Positions 48,299 to 58,562 of a stretch of 64,000 bases of DNA are shown one piece after another. Made by a program: the position numbers and the translations under genes. The notes under the pieces are model-generated. The model was not told where the DNA came from. It made no database searches and saw only the letters and a list, made by a program, of their open reading frames with translations. The stretch is from Candidatus Liptonbacteria bacterium. GTDB lineage: Bacteria > Patescibacteriota > Minisyncoccia > UBA6257 > 2-01-FULL-56-20. Within the stretch, counting starts at the first letter, position 1; each line of letters begins with the position of its first letter. The stretch spans positions 4,987 to 68,986 of the forward strand of contig JACQKT010000018.1 of the NCBI GenBank assembly GCA_016204355.1, given 5' to 3'.

Positions 48299-48577
48299 TC
48301 ATGAGGCTTCCTTTCTTGCGAGGGTTATCGATACGCTCAGGCTTTCGATAAGCTGTCTGAGTTGTCCGGAGGGCAGTTCTCTTCCTTCCGTTGAAGTAAC
48401 TGACCCTTCGAGAGCCTCGACGAACTGCTCAAGTTCTCGAAGAACCGATTCTCCTTCCCGAATCACATCATCGGCTTCTTTTCCCGACAGCGTTCCGCAG
48501 AAAATCGAATCTATTTTGGGCAGCAATCTTTCCGCCCTTTCTGCCGGTGTTTCAATATTTCCTATCGCCATCAGCAT
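48299..48577 (-). CDS. hypothetical protein
   Basis: ATG at 48577 preceded by a perfect AAAGGAGGTGAT SD. Confidence 0.6.
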   Translation of the reverse strand: MLMAIGNIETPAERAERLLPKIDSIFCGTLSGKEADDVIREGESVLRELEQFVEALEGSVTSTEGRELPSGQLRQLIESLSVSITLARKEAS

Positions 48578-48666
48578 AAAATCACCTCCTTTCTCTGATG
48601 GTATTGCGTTTACTAAATTGGCAAAATGCCACTTAAAAATAGCAGGAAAATTAACCGCAATCAATA

Positions 48667-49461
48667 TTAATTTAAAAGAAAGCGTATGAATTTTGCCGTT
48701 TCACTCGGGCCAGAAACCTGAAAACACTCCACTCCGGTTTTTTTGGCGGCGTAGTCGTTGCCGCCCGGATAAAGCGCGTCTCCGACAAAAATCATTTTTT
48801 TGACGGGAGTGCGGAGATTTTTTTCTATCTGCCTCACCCCGTACGCCTTGTCTATTCCTTTTTTCGTTATATCGATGGACGTATAACCGGCGGAATGGAC
48901 CTCGAGGTCCGGGAGTTTTTTCTGAAGCATTTTCGCCATTTTCAGTTTCAACGCGGTGTTTTTCTTTTTCCATTCATTTTTAAGGCGCACCCCTTCTCTT
49001 TCTCCAAGCATAGCAACGACTTCCTGGCCCAAAGCCGAGAAAGTTATTTGCGTGCCGCGATCCTCGATAACTTTTCCGTAAGTTTTTTCCGGATGAACAT
49101 AGTTCGCTTCTCTGAAAACTTCCGCGAATGCCTTTTTTATCCTCGCGCGGTCTCTTTTGGAAAGCTCGTGTCTGTAAACTTTTTTCCAGCCGTTTTTATA
49201 GCGATAGAAAGCGGTCGACGTTGTCGGAAAAAGGAAGAGGTTTTTCAAAAGTTCTTTGGGGCATCTGAAGCGCGCGATGAATTGTTTTTTGAAAAGTTCA
49301 TATTTCCCTCCGCCGATTATCGCAACACGTTTTTTCTTGAGCAGCTTGACTAGCAGTGCTGACATCTCCGGCTTCAGATAACTCTTGCTTTCCGTGAGTG
49401 TTCCGTCGAGGTCAAAAACGACGAGTTCCTTCGTTTTATATTTTTCTTTAAGCGATTTCAT
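48667..49461 (-). CDS. HAD-IIB hydrolase, phosphomannomutase-like
   Basis: FDLDGTL, IEDRGTQITFS, TSIDIT.KGIDK and FVGD..YPGGND. Confidence 0.85.
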   Translation of the reverse strand: MKSLKEKYKTKELVVFDLDGTLTESKSYLKPEMSALLVKLLKKKRVAIIGGGKYELFKKQFIARFRCPKELLKNLFLFPTTSTAFYRYKNGWKKVYRHELSKRDRARIKKAFAEVFREANYVHPEKTYGKVIEDRGTQITFSALGQEVVAMLGEREGVRLKNEWKKKNTALKLKMAKMLQKKLPDLEVHSAGYTSIDITKKGIDKAYGVRQIEKNLRTPVKKMIFVGDALYPGGNDYAAKKTGVECFQVSGPSETAKFIRFLLN

Positions 49462-49638
49462 TTGAAGCTTACAATATCACAATTTTACTATGAATCAATT
49501 TGAACTTTGCCTGCTGAAACTTTTGGCAAAAAATTGGACTCCGCCGCCCTGCGGGAGTAGCATACTGCCCAAGCGGCTTCGGCCGTCAGCACTATTGAAA
49601 AATCCATAGAACCTCACTCTCGCTCAAGGAGAATCGCG

Positions 49639-51294
49639 ATGTTAGACACATTCAAGAAGGCAACGGCCGAAGCCATGCAGGCGATTGAAGAAGAAATGCG
49701 CGTCCGCCGCACAAAGGAGGTCTTTCTCCTTTTCGCGATGGGCAGCCAATACGACCACCTGATTTTCCAGGCGCTCAGCAAGCTTGGCGTTTATTGTCTT
49801 GTTGCCGACCCTGCGTCGGTTACGGCTAAAGACGTTGAAAAGCTTGGACCGAAGGGCATTATCGTTTCCGGCGGACCTACGTCCGTGGAAACGGAACCGC
49901 CTCCGTTCGATTCGAAAATCTTCGACCTTGAAATTCCCGTCTTCGGAATATGCCTCGGTTTTCAGATGTGGGCAAAACACATCGGCGTCCGCGTGAGCGG
50001 CGGCAGCGAATTCGGCAGACACGACATGCGCGTCGTGAATGCAGAAAACTTGTTCGCCGGCTGCGACCCCGTTATGACCGTTCTCCAAAGCCACGGTGAG
50101 CGGGTCGAGTTCAACGATATGATGACAACGCTCGGCGCGACAGACGGCATCTTGGCAGCTGCGTGGTATCAAAACCTTTGGGGCGTTCAGTTCCACCCCG
50201 AGGTTACCGACACTCCGCAAGGGCTTAAGGTTTTCGAGAACTTTTGCTTCAAGATTTGCGGCGCGAAGGACCGTTTTCCCGCCCGCGACGTCGCGAAGCA
50301 GAAAGTCGAGAAACTGCGGGAGCAAACAAAGGATAAGGCAGTATTACTTCTCCTGTCCGGCGGATCGGACTCCTCTACGGTCGCCTACCTGCTGAAAGAA
50401 GCACTACGAGGAGAACAACGGGTACGTGGCGTTTACATCAAGGGCATTGATCGCCCTGAGGATGAAGCGTTCGTTCAGAAACATTTCGGCAACCAGGACT
50501 GGATCGATCTTGTGATCGTCGATGCCACAGACCGCTTCCTCGAAGCATTTTCGGGGCCGAAGACAACGCTTCAACGCCTTTGGTGGTGGCTAACCCGCAA
50601 AAAGCCGCCGACAACGATGAAAGAAAAGCGGCTCGCAATGCGCGGAGTTTACAAGGCGATCGCCGAAGAAGAAGCGAAAAGATACAGCGCCGAAATTCGG
50701 ATGCCTGTAGAGATAGCTCAGGGGACGCTTTACACCGATATCTCCGAAAGCGGCGGCGGACATTCAAGCGGCGCGCGGAAAGCGGTAATCAAGATACATC
50801 ACAATGTAAAACTTGGGCTCCGTTTTCCCGAACTGACTCCGCTCGACGACTGCGTCAAAGACGGCGGCCGGAACATCGGCAGAGAAATCGGCGTTCCCGA
50901 AGAACTGCTTGTCCGACATCCGTTCCCCGGAGTCGGGCTCGCGGTGCGCATCGAAGGGCGGGTAACCCGAGAAAAACTCGCGATGGCTAGGCAAATTGAC
51001 GGGATTTACATCGACGAACTCCGTCGCGCAAATCTCTACGATTCGGTCTGGCAAGCGGGCGCCGTCGTTACCTCATCAATGCACACTTATACCAAGGGTG
51101 ACGACGCGGGAATCGGTCCGGCAATCGCAATTTGGGCCGTCTGGAGCGAGAACGGGTTTACCGCAAAAGCAGCGGCTCTTCCGTTAGACTTCAGGATTCG
51201 GCTTTCGCGGCGCATCGGCAACGAAGTGCCTGGCGTTGGCGCGGTTGTGGAACGCATCTCCGGCAAACCTTTCTCAACCATCGAGTGGGGGTAA
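49639..51294 (+). CDS. guaA: GMP synthase (glutamine-hydrolysing), divergent
   Basis: GICLGFQ, SHG, QFHPEV, SGGSDSS, QGTLY.D..ES, IK.HHNV, RHPFPG.GLAVR and KP.STIEW. Confidence 0.9.
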   Translation: MLDTFKKATAEAMQAIEEEMRVRRTKEVFLLFAMGSQYDHLIFQALSKLGVYCLVADPASVTAKDVEKLGPKGIIVSGGPTSVETEPPPFDSKIFDLEIPVFGICLGFQMWAKHIGVRVSGGSEFGRHDMRVVNAENLFAGCDPVMTVLQSHGERVEFNDMMTTLGATDGILAAAWYQNLWGVQFHPEVTDTPQGLKVFENFCFKICGAKDRFPARDVAKQKVEKLREQTKDKAVLLLLSGGSDSSTVAYLLKEALRGEQRVRGVYIKGIDRPEDEAFVQKHFGNQDWIDLVIVDATDRFLEAFSGPKTTLQRLWWWLTRKKPPTTMKEKRLAMRGVYKAIAEEEAKRYSAEIRMPVEIAQGTLYTDISESGGGHSSGARKAVIKIHHNVKLGLRFPELTPLDDCVKDGGRNIGREIGVPEELLVRHPFPGVGLAVRIEGRVTREKLAMARQIDGIYIDELRRANLYDSVWQAGAVVTSSMHTYTKGDDAGIGPAIAIWAVWSENGFTAKAAALPLDFRIRLSRRIGNEVPGVGAVVERISGKPFSTIEWG

Positions 51295-51309
51295 GTCGGG
51301 CAAGGTCAA

Positions 51310-51350
51310 GGGGTCAGCCATCTTCTTCATTTGGCTGACCTCCTTTTTTT
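51310..51350 (+). terminator. intrinsic terminator after guaA
   Basis: GGTCAGCCA/TGGCTGACC stem followed by T7. Confidence 0.75.
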
Positions 51351-51411
51351 ATAAAGACTTCAACTGCATGGGATTTTGAAATATACTTGGGATGTATAAA
51401 TCAATATCGAA

Positions 51412-53520
51412 ATGGCGAGGAATAACGACTCCAAAAATGGCAGGAGCGGAAACGGACAGCGGGAAAAAGAACATCGTCTCCGTCCTGAAACAAAGCGAAG
51501 CATATGGGCCATAGCTTTCATTGGTCTCGCCACTATTTTTTTTCTTGCGGGCTTTCATAAAGCAGGGCTGGGCGGCGAGTTTTTGTTCGAAATTTTTCAG
51601 ACGCTTCTGGGTTACGGTTACTTCGCACTGCCGACGATACTTTTGATAGTTGCCGGAGTTTTTTTGACATCCGAGGGGCGCTTCGTCGGAATGACGCTTT
51701 TCGGCGGATTCCTTATGATACTTTCTTCCCTTGGCCTGATAGATATCGCTCAGGCGGGGAACGGCGGCTGGCTGGGCGTTGTTCTAGGCTCCCTTAAAAT
51801 ACCCTTCGGCGGCCTCGCGGCGGCGATAATAGATTCGATAGTTTTTGTTGCGGCAATTCTCGTAACGCTTAACGTTCCGCTGAAAATAAAGTTGCCAAAA
51901 AGAAAAGAAAAAGAATATCCCCTTACGAAAAGCGAGGAAAAAAATGTAGCCGAAGCCGAAGAGGAAGAAAGCGAAAAAGAAGACAAAGACGAAGAAGAGC
52001 CTGCTGCCGTAAAAGTTGCCGAAACCAAAACTCCGATTTTCGCGAAAATAAAAAGAACCGCGCGGCCTGTTTTCCAGAATTATGTCCCGCCGCCGCTCGA
52101 CCTTTTGAAATCTTCCACCGAAAAACCGACGACCGGCGACCTGCGCGCGAACGCGAACATTATAAAGAGAACTCTCGACAGCTTCGGAATTCCCGTCGAA
52201 ATGGGCGAGATAAACATAGGACCGAAAGTTACCCGATACACATTGAAGCCGGCGGAGGGCGTGAAACTTTCAAGAATTATGGCGCTCGGGCAGGACCTCG
52301 CGCTTGCTCTCGCGGCGCATCCGATAAGAATAGAAGCGCCGATACCTGGAAAATCGCTCGTCGGAATCGAAGTGCCGAACAAAGCGGCGGCGCTCGTCCG
52401 GCTCGGAAGCCTCATGGCCTACCAGGAATTCAATTCTTCCGGCTTGCTCGGTTTCACGCTCGGAAGAGACGTAACCGGCGAGCCGATATTCGCCGACCTC
52501 GAACGGATGCCCCACCTTCTGATAGCGGGTTCGACCGGCAGCGGAAAATCGATAATGATCCAGTCGCTCATAATCTCGCTTCTTTACAAAAATTCCCCGG
52601 CCACGCTGAAGCTCATAATGCTGGACCCGAAGCGCGTGGAACTTTCGGGATATGAAGGAATCCCCCATCTCGTAAGCCCGGTGATAGTCGAAAACAAAAA
52701 ATCGCTCAACGTTTTCCGCTGGGCGATAAAGGAAATGGAACAGAGATACGAGATTCTCCAGAAATCGGGCAACCGCGATATCAAGAGCTACAACTCGAAA
52801 ATCGTCGGCGAAACAGGCGGCGAAAACCAAAACCAGCCCGACGTTCTCCCTTATATAGTGATAATCGTCGACGAACTCGCCGACCTGATGACTTCCTACG
52901 GGCGCGAAGTGGAAGGTTCCGTCGTCCGTCTCGCGCAGATGGCGAGGGCAACAGGCATACATTTAGTTCTTTCGACCCAGAGACCGTCTGTCGAAATAAT
53001 CACAGGGCTAATCAAGGCGAATATTACGAGCCGCATCGCGCTTCAGGTTGCGAGCCAGGTCGATTCGCGCACGATAATCGACACGTCGGGCGCCGAAAAA
53101 TTGCTCGGCGCGGGAGATTTGCTTTTTGTTTCATCCGAACTTTCGAAACCGAAAAGAATTCAGGGAGCATACATAACCGAAGAAGAAATAAAGAAGGTCG
53201 CGGACTTTATAAGAGACAACAATGCCGCCCCCGAAGAGGAAATCCAGTTCTCCGCCGAAAACGGAAATGGCAACGGCGGAGCGATGTCGATTTTCGACGA
53301 ATCGCTTGAAGAAGACTTGGACGAAATGTACGATGAGGCCGTGGAGGTTGTCCGCCAGGCGCAAAAAGCTTCCGCCTCCCTTTTGCAGCGACGCCTCAAA
53401 GTCGGCTATGCCCGCGCCGCCCGTCTCCTCGATCTTATGGAAGAAAAAGGAATAATCGGCCCGGGAGACGGAGCGAAGCCGAGGGATGTTTATTTGAGTA
53501 AGGATACTTTTCAGGAATAA
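51412..53520 (+). CDS. ftsK: DNA translocase FtsK
   Basis: N-terminal TMs, RIEAPIPGK, PHLLIAGSTGSGKS, DELADLM and gamma domain SLLQRRLKVGYARAARL. Confidence 0.95.
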   Translation: MARNNDSKNGRSGNGQREKEHRLRPETKRSIWAIAFIGLATIFFLAGFHKAGLGGEFLFEIFQTLLGYGYFALPTILLIVAGVFLTSEGRFVGMTLFGGFLMILSSLGLIDIAQAGNGGWLGVVLGSLKIPFGGLAAAIIDSIVFVAAILVTLNVPLKIKLPKRKEKEYPLTKSEEKNVAEAEEEESEKEDKDEEEPAAVKVAETKTPIFAKIKRTARPVFQNYVPPPLDLLKSSTEKPTTGDLRANANIIKRTLDSFGIPVEMGEINIGPKVTRYTLKPAEGVKLSRIMALGQDLALALAAHPIRIEAPIPGKSLVGIEVPNKAAALVRLGSLMAYQEFNSSGLLGFTLGRDVTGEPIFADLERMPHLLIAGSTGSGKSIMIQSLIISLLYKNSPATLKLIMLDPKRVELSGYEGIPHLVSPVIVENKKSLNVFRWAIKEMEQRYEILQKSGNRDIKSYNSKIVGETGGENQNQPDVLPYIVIIVDELADLMTSYGREVEGSVVRLAQMARATGIHLVLSTQRPSVEIITGLIKANITSRIALQVASQVDSRTIIDTSGAEKLLGAGDLLFVSSELSKPKRIQGAYITEEEIKKVADFIRDNNAAPEEEIQFSAENGNGNGGAMSIFDESLEEDLDEMYDEAVEVVRQAQKASASLLQRRLKVGYARAARLLDLMEEKGIIGPGDGAKPRDVYLSKDTFQE

Positions 53521-53524
53521 AAGA

Positions 53525-54193
53525 ATGGACTACTCCGAATTTTCAACTTTTTTGAATGAGCGGATGCGTGAACGCGGATTCAACATACGGCGTCTGTCGG
53601 AACTTACTGGTGTTTCTCTGCAGCATCTTGAAGCGATTTTTTCCGGCAATTACGACCGCCTGCCGCCGGCACCTTATTTAAAAGGATACATTTCGCGGCT
53701 TGGTGATGTTCTGGATTTCGATTCCGACGAAGCATGGGAACACATTAAAAAATTCGCCAATCCCAAGAGTTCAGGAAAGGCGGACGAACTGCCGAAGAAC
53801 AGGTTTTCGCAAAAACCTATAGGCGGATATCTGGTGGCCGGAGCGGTCGCCTTGGTTCTTCTTATATATCTCGGTTTCAGGTTTTATACGATATCGGGAA
53901 CGCCCGTGATAACGGTAACTTACCCAACCGAGGACATGACGGTGGTTTACGGAAATTACATCAATATAACCGGTAAGGTATCGAACAGCGACGAACTTAG
54001 AATCGGCAACGAACAGATAGAGGTTCAGCCGAACGGAGAATGGCAGAAAACCGTTATGCTTTCGCCGGAAATGAACAATATAGAAATAACTGCAAAAAAA
54101 TTTCTGGGCAAGGAAACTAAAGTAGCTCTCCGCGTCTTTTACCAACAACCCGCGGCACAGCCGACAAGCACTCAGCAAAACGGCGGTTTTTAA
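53525..54193 (+). CDS. RodZ-like HTH-TM-Ig protein
   Basis: Xre HTH with LPPAPYLKGYI, TM and beta domain; follows ftsK. Confidence 0.75.
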   Translation: MDYSEFSTFLNERMRERGFNIRRLSELTGVSLQHLEAIFSGNYDRLPPAPYLKGYISRLGDVLDFDSDEAWEHIKKFANPKSSGKADELPKNRFSQKPIGGYLVAGAVALVLLIYLGFRFYTISGTPVITVTYPTEDMTVVYGNYINITGKVSNSDELRIGNEQIEVQPNGEWQKTVMLSPEMNNIEITAKKFLGKETKVALRVFYQQPAAQPTSTQQNGGF

Positions 54194-54222
54194 TTTGCCG
54201 GAGATAAAGTAGAATTAACCCG

Positions 54223-55284
54223 ATGTCGCCAAAAAAACAAAAAGAAGAAAGCAAAGTGGTTCGACCCATTCAACAAGCTCAGGGCAAGCAAAACTCACCG
54301 CAGGAAACCAAAAATCAGCTCGATGAGCTGATGACTTCCCTTCAGGAGAAGTTCGGCGAAGGCGCGATAATGAAGCTCGGCGAAGTAAGGCATGTCGACG
54401 TGTCCGTGATTCCGACCGGTTCTTTTTCACTTGACCTCGCGCTTGGAGTCGGCGGATTGCCGCGGGGACGCGTAATCGAAATTTTCGGGCCCGAAGGCAG
54501 CGGGAAAACGACGCTCGCCCTTAACGTCGTCGCCCAGGCGCAAAAACAGGGCGGCAAAGCGGCATACATAGACGCCGAACACGCCCTCGACCCGGAATAC
54601 GCTGCGCGCCTCGGAGTGAAAATAAACGACCTTTTGATATCCCAGCCGGACAATGGAGAAGAAGCGTTGAATATTCTCGAGAGTTTGGTGCGCTCGGAAG
54701 CGATTTCCGTGGTAGTCGTCGATTCGGTGGCGGCACTTACGCCGAAAGCCGAAATCGAGGGAGAAATGGGAGACCAGCACATCGGCAGGCAGGCGAGAAT
54801 GATGTCGCAGGCGCTCCGCAAGCTCACGGCGCTCTCGGCGAGGTCTCAAACGATGATAATTTTTATAAACCAGATAAGGATGAAAATCGGCATTATGTTC
54901 GGAAATCCGGAAACGACTCCCGGCGGGCTTGCTCTTAAGTTCGCTTCTTCCGTTCGGCTTGATGTCCGGAGAATCGCGCAGGTTAAAAAAGGAGAAGACG
55001 TCGTCGGCAGCCGTGTCAAAGTTAAAGTTGTAAAAAACAAAGTCGCTCCGCCGTTCAGACTCGCGGAATTCGACATTATGTACGGCAAAGGAATTTCATA
55101 CGAAGCCGATGTTTTGAACGCCGGGCTCAAATACGGAGCACTCACTAAATCCGGCGCTTCCTATTCGTTCGAAGGAGAAAAAATCGCAGTCGGAATGGAA
55201 AAAGCCTGCGAAAAACTCGCCGAAGACAAAAAACTTTTGAACGCGATTAAAGCCAAGGTTAAAACGCTGGCAGCGGAGAAGTAG
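54223..55284 (+). CDS. recA: recombinase RecA
   Basis: [32 protein letters not shown] and KNKVAPPF. Confidence 0.97.
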   Translation: MSPKKQKEESKVVRPIQQAQGKQNSPQETKNQLDELMTSLQEKFGEGAIMKLGEVRHVDVSVIPTGSFSLDLALGVGGLPRGRVIEIFGPEGSGKTTLALNVVAQAQKQGGKAAYIDAEHALDPEYAARLGVKINDLLISQPDNGEEALNILESLVRSEAISVVVVDSVAALTPKAEIEGEMGDQHIGRQARMMSQALRKLTALSARSQTMIIFINQIRMKIGIMFGNPETTPGGLALKFASSVRLDVRRIAQVKKGEDVVGSRVKVKVVKNKVAPPFRLAEFDIMYGKGISYEADVLNAGLKYGALTKSGASYSFEGEKIAVGMEKACEKLAEDKKLLNAIKAKVKTLAAEK

Positions 55285-55314
55285 GTTTTATTTATAAGTA
55301 CGTCATATAAAAAT

Positions 55315-55536
55315 ATGAAAATTCTTAGGGCTCTCACAATTTTAGGAGATATTGGAATTGTCATTTTCTTAGTCAATGCCTTAATTGATGAATCTAACTC
55401 CGGTTATAGCACCGCAGGAAGTATGTTTATAATTGTTGTGGTTTTCCTTTTAATAATACCTAACCTCTATTTTGTTATTTTTGGAAAAGAGGGGGGGAAA
55501 CTGGATTGGGCTTTTTCTTCAGCGGAAAGCACTTGA
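55315..55536 (+). CDS. small two-TM hypothetical protein
   Basis: Two hydrophobic helices; AT-rich DNA. Confidence 0.5.
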   Translation: MKILRALTILGDIGIVIFLVNALIDESNSGYSTAGSMFIIVVVFLLIIPNLYFVIFGKEGGKLDWAFSSAEST

Positions 55537-55660
55537 AGAAAAAAAGAGGATTAGGGATTTGTAGGTTTAGAATCGCGCTCAAAAAGCTGGGAAGGTTTTT
55601 GTCAAAATGATATTCTAATTGTGGTATATTGGCCGCCAACAACTGAGTGAGGAAAAACAG

Positions 55661-55900
55661 ATGGATGCGATAATCGCTACCGAAATCGCAGGAAAACTGC
55701 TGAAGCTTTTCAGAAAACATCAGGGTGTCCGCGGAAACACCGGTTGCATGGGTGAAGCTTGCCAGTGCGATGCTTGTCAGGCAGACATGGCAATGGCGGT
55801 GCGGGACATCGTCGAGGAAGGGAAATTTTTCATCGTTAGGAAAGAAGACGTGACCGCGGCACTTGAAAAACTCACGCACCAGGGAATTTTCCAGAACTAA
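55661..55900 (+). CDS. small Cys-rich hypothetical protein
   Basis: ATG at 55661 after GAGG; CMGEACQCDAC motif; hairpin downstream. Confidence 0.55.
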   Translation: MDAIIATEIAGKLLKLFRKHQGVRGNTGCMGEACQCDACQADMAMAVRDIVEEGKFFIVRKEDVTAALEKLTHQGIFQN

Positions 55901-55977
55901 GATCGGAACACCCTACAGCCCTGCCGGACAGCAAACCAGCCCAGGAATGTTCTCCCCTGGGCTGAACTTTATAAAAT

Positions 55978-56331
55978 TTATTGCGGATTGAGCAGCGGGA
56001 AAATCAGATAATATCCGGCAAAGAAGAAAGCTATCAATAATATCGCGATAAAAGAATAGACAACTGCTGGTTTGGAAAAGAGCGATTCTTTGCGGGGCTT
56101 TTCCGAAAAATCGCTTGCAGGAGCTTTACTTACTGCCGGAATCGCGGTGGCCGCAGGCTTGTTTTCTTTTTCCCTTTCTTCCGCACTTTTGAAAGAAAAT
56201 TTTATTGTTTGCGCTTTCGGAAGAAATCCTCCGCTTTCGGCGACGGATGCGATGTCCGAAGCCATAGTCCTTACGGTTATTTCTGCCGGCGGCGGCGGGA
56301 TATTAGGATTTTGATTTTGCCCCGGTTCCAT
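55978..56331 (-). CDS. hypothetical protein with C-terminal TM
   Basis: ITVRTMASDI motif, low-complexity linker, TM. Confidence 0.65.
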   Translation of the reverse strand: MEPGQNQNPNIPPPPAEITVRTMASDIASVAESGGFLPKAQTIKFSFKSAEEREKENKPAATAIPAVSKAPASDFSEKPRKESLFSKPAVVYSFIAILLIAFFFAGYYLIFPLLNPQ

Positions 56332-56394
56332 CTCGTTACCGAGATTATAGCAGGTAGCCGGATTTCACAAAACTGCGGTTGGCTTGCCGCAAAC

Positions 56395-58488
56395 TTATTG
56401 AAGTTGTTTCAACGACAATCCGATGTGCCCGTCGGCATCCACGCGGATGATTTTTGCGCGCACGAAATCGCCTACCTTCACCACTTCGTTGACGGTTTTT
56501 ACGAATCCGTTTTTGAGTTCGGAGACATGAATCATTCCGTCGCGCCCGCCGCCCAAATCGACGATAGCACCGAAGTCGAGAATCTTAATAACACTCCCTT
56601 CGATTATCTCTCCAACTTTGTATTCGCGGGTAAGCGCCTTTATTTCCTCGAGCGCCGCGTTCGCCTTTTCGATGTCCGTTCCCGATATGAAAACCCTTCC
56701 GTCTTCTTCGATGTCGATGCTCCCGAGTCCATATTTTTCGATAAGCCCGTTTATCACTTTCCCTCCTGAACCGATGACTGCCCCGATTTTATCCGGATTT
56801 ATCTGAAGCTGTATTATCGTCGGCGCGTAAACCGAAAGTTTTTCCCGCGGAGCCGCAAGTATTCCGGCCATAAAATCGAGTATGCCGAGCCTCGCTTCTT
56901 TCGCCTGCGCCAAAGTTTTTTCTATCATTTCGTAAGTAAGGCCTTCGACTTTCACGTCGAGCTGGACCGCCGTAACGCCGTCCTTTGTTCCTGCAACCTT
57001 GAAATCCATTCCTCCGTAAAAATCTTCGGGGCCCTGTATGTCCGTAAGGATTTTATATTTTCCGTCTCCGCTCACGACAATTCCCATCGCGATTCCCGCA
57101 GCCGGTTTTTCCAAAGGCACGCCGGCATCCATAAGCGAAAGAGTCGATGCGCAAACCGTCGCCATCGAAGAAGAGCCGTTCGAAGAAAGCGTCTCGGCGA
57201 CAACGCGAATGGTATACGGAAATTGCTCTTGCGGCGGAATCAGCGGACGGAGAGCTTTTTCGGCGAGCGCGCCGTGCCCTATCTCGCGCCGTCCCGGTCC
57301 GCGGAAAGTGCCTGTTTCGCCGACGGAATACGGCGGAAAATTATAGTGCAGCATGAACCGCCTTTTGCCGGTTATCTCCATCGTTTCGATGAATTGTTCC
57401 GCGCCCGGCGCGGCGAGTGTCGTTACCGCGAGAGTCTGCGTGTTTCCGCGGATGAAAATCCCCGAGCCGTGCGTTCTTTCGAAAAGGCCTACTTCTCCGT
57501 TGAGATTCCTGACCTGGTTCAGCTTCCTGCCATCGGGGCGTTTCTCCTGCTCCAAAATATTTTTTTGAACGATGGAATTGACAGCGTCTTCCCAGACGAA
57601 ATTCGCCGAGCGCTCATCGAATTTTTCGTTTTCTGAAAGATTCGCAATGTATTCGGCGCGCAGTTTCGACATCGCTTCGTTGTATTCGAGCTTGTTCGGC
57701 TTGTATATCGCGCCTTCAAGTTTGCCTTCCAAAAATTTTTCAGCCGCCGTTTTCAATTCCGCGTCCACTTCGAAAAGTTTCAAATCGGTTTTCTTTTTCC
57801 CGTTTTCCTTTATTATCTTTTCCTGAAAACTCACAAGCTTGTCTATTTCTTTCTGGGCGATGGCGCACGCTTCCAAAATATCTTTTTCGTCGGCCTCTTT
57901 CCCGCCGAGCTCTATCATGCTGATTTTTCCTTTCGGTCCGGCGGCGAATATTTCAAAAACGCAATCGGATTGCCTGATTTGCGAAGATGTCGGATTGATT
58001 ACGAGTTGGTCTCCTATCTTGCCGACACGAACGCCGGAAGCCGGCCCGTTCCAGAGAATATCGGATATGCCGATCGCCATCGATGCCGCCGCAAGCCCGA
58101 CGAAATCCGGGTCGTTTTCTTCGTCGAACGCGAGAACTGTCGCCACAACCTGCATTTCGCGCCTGATGCGTTCGTCAAAAAGCGGCCTGATGACGCGGTC
58201 GACGAGGCGCGCCGAAAGTATCGCGTCTTCTGACGGCCTGCCTTCGCGCCTTACGTAGCGGCTGCCTATAACTTTCCCGGCGGCATAAAATCTTTCCTCA
58301 TAATCCACCTTCAACGGCACGTAATCGAAGTTCCCCTCCGATGCGCCCATCACGGCCGTTACCAAAACAACCGTCTCGCCGTATTTGGCCAAAACCGCTC
58401 CGTTCGCCTGTTCGGCGAGCGAAGATATTTCTATAGTCAATGTTTTCCCGCCGACTTCAGTTGTATATTGTTTTCTTTGTATGGCCAT
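56395..58488 (-). CDS. pnp: polyribonucleotide nucleotidyltransferase
   Basis: Two RNase PH domains (RREGRPS, RREIGHGALA, SNGSSSMA), KH and S1. Confidence 0.96.
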   Translation of the reverse strand: MAIQRKQYTTEVGGKTLTIEISSLAEQANGAVLAKYGETVVLVTAVMGASEGNFDYVPLKVDYEERFYAAGKVIGSRYVRREGRPSEDAILSARLVDRVIRPLFDERIRREMQVVATVLAFDEENDPDFVGLAAASMAIGISDILWNGPASGVRVGKIGDQLVINPTSSQIRQSDCVFEIFAAGPKGKISMIELGGKEADEKDILEACAIAQKEIDKLVSFQEKIIKENGKKKTDLKLFEVDAELKTAAEKFLEGKLEGAIYKPNKLEYNEAMSKLRAEYIANLSENEKFDERSANFVWEDAVNSIVQKNILEQEKRPDGRKLNQVRNLNGEVGLFERTHGSGIFIRGNTQTLAVTTLAAPGAEQFIETMEITGKRRFMLHYNFPPYSVGETGTFRGPGRREIGHGALAEKALRPLIPPQEQFPYTIRVVAETLSSNGSSSMATVCASTLSLMDAGVPLEKPAAGIAMGIVVSGDGKYKILTDIQGPEDFYGGMDFKVAGTKDGVTAVQLDVKVEGLTYEMIEKTLAQAKEARLGILDFMAGILAAPREKLSVYAPTIIQLQINPDKIGAVIGSGGKVINGLIEKYGLGSIDIEEDGRVFISGTDIEKANAALEEIKALTREYKVGEIIEGSVIKILDFGAIVDLGGGRDGMIHVSELKNGFVKTVNEVVKVGDFVRAKIIRVDADGHIGLSLKQLQ

Positions 58489-58562
58489 TTGATATGATTT
58501 ACGATTTATGATTCGAGATTTATGTTTTAAAAATTTTTGCGGAACGATTCATAAATCTTAAA

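Noticed and set aside
49536-49600. Purine, ZTP or PRPP riboswitch upstream of guaA
   Set aside because: Only short hairpins (one UUCG loop) and promoter-like boxes; no consensus motifs recognised.
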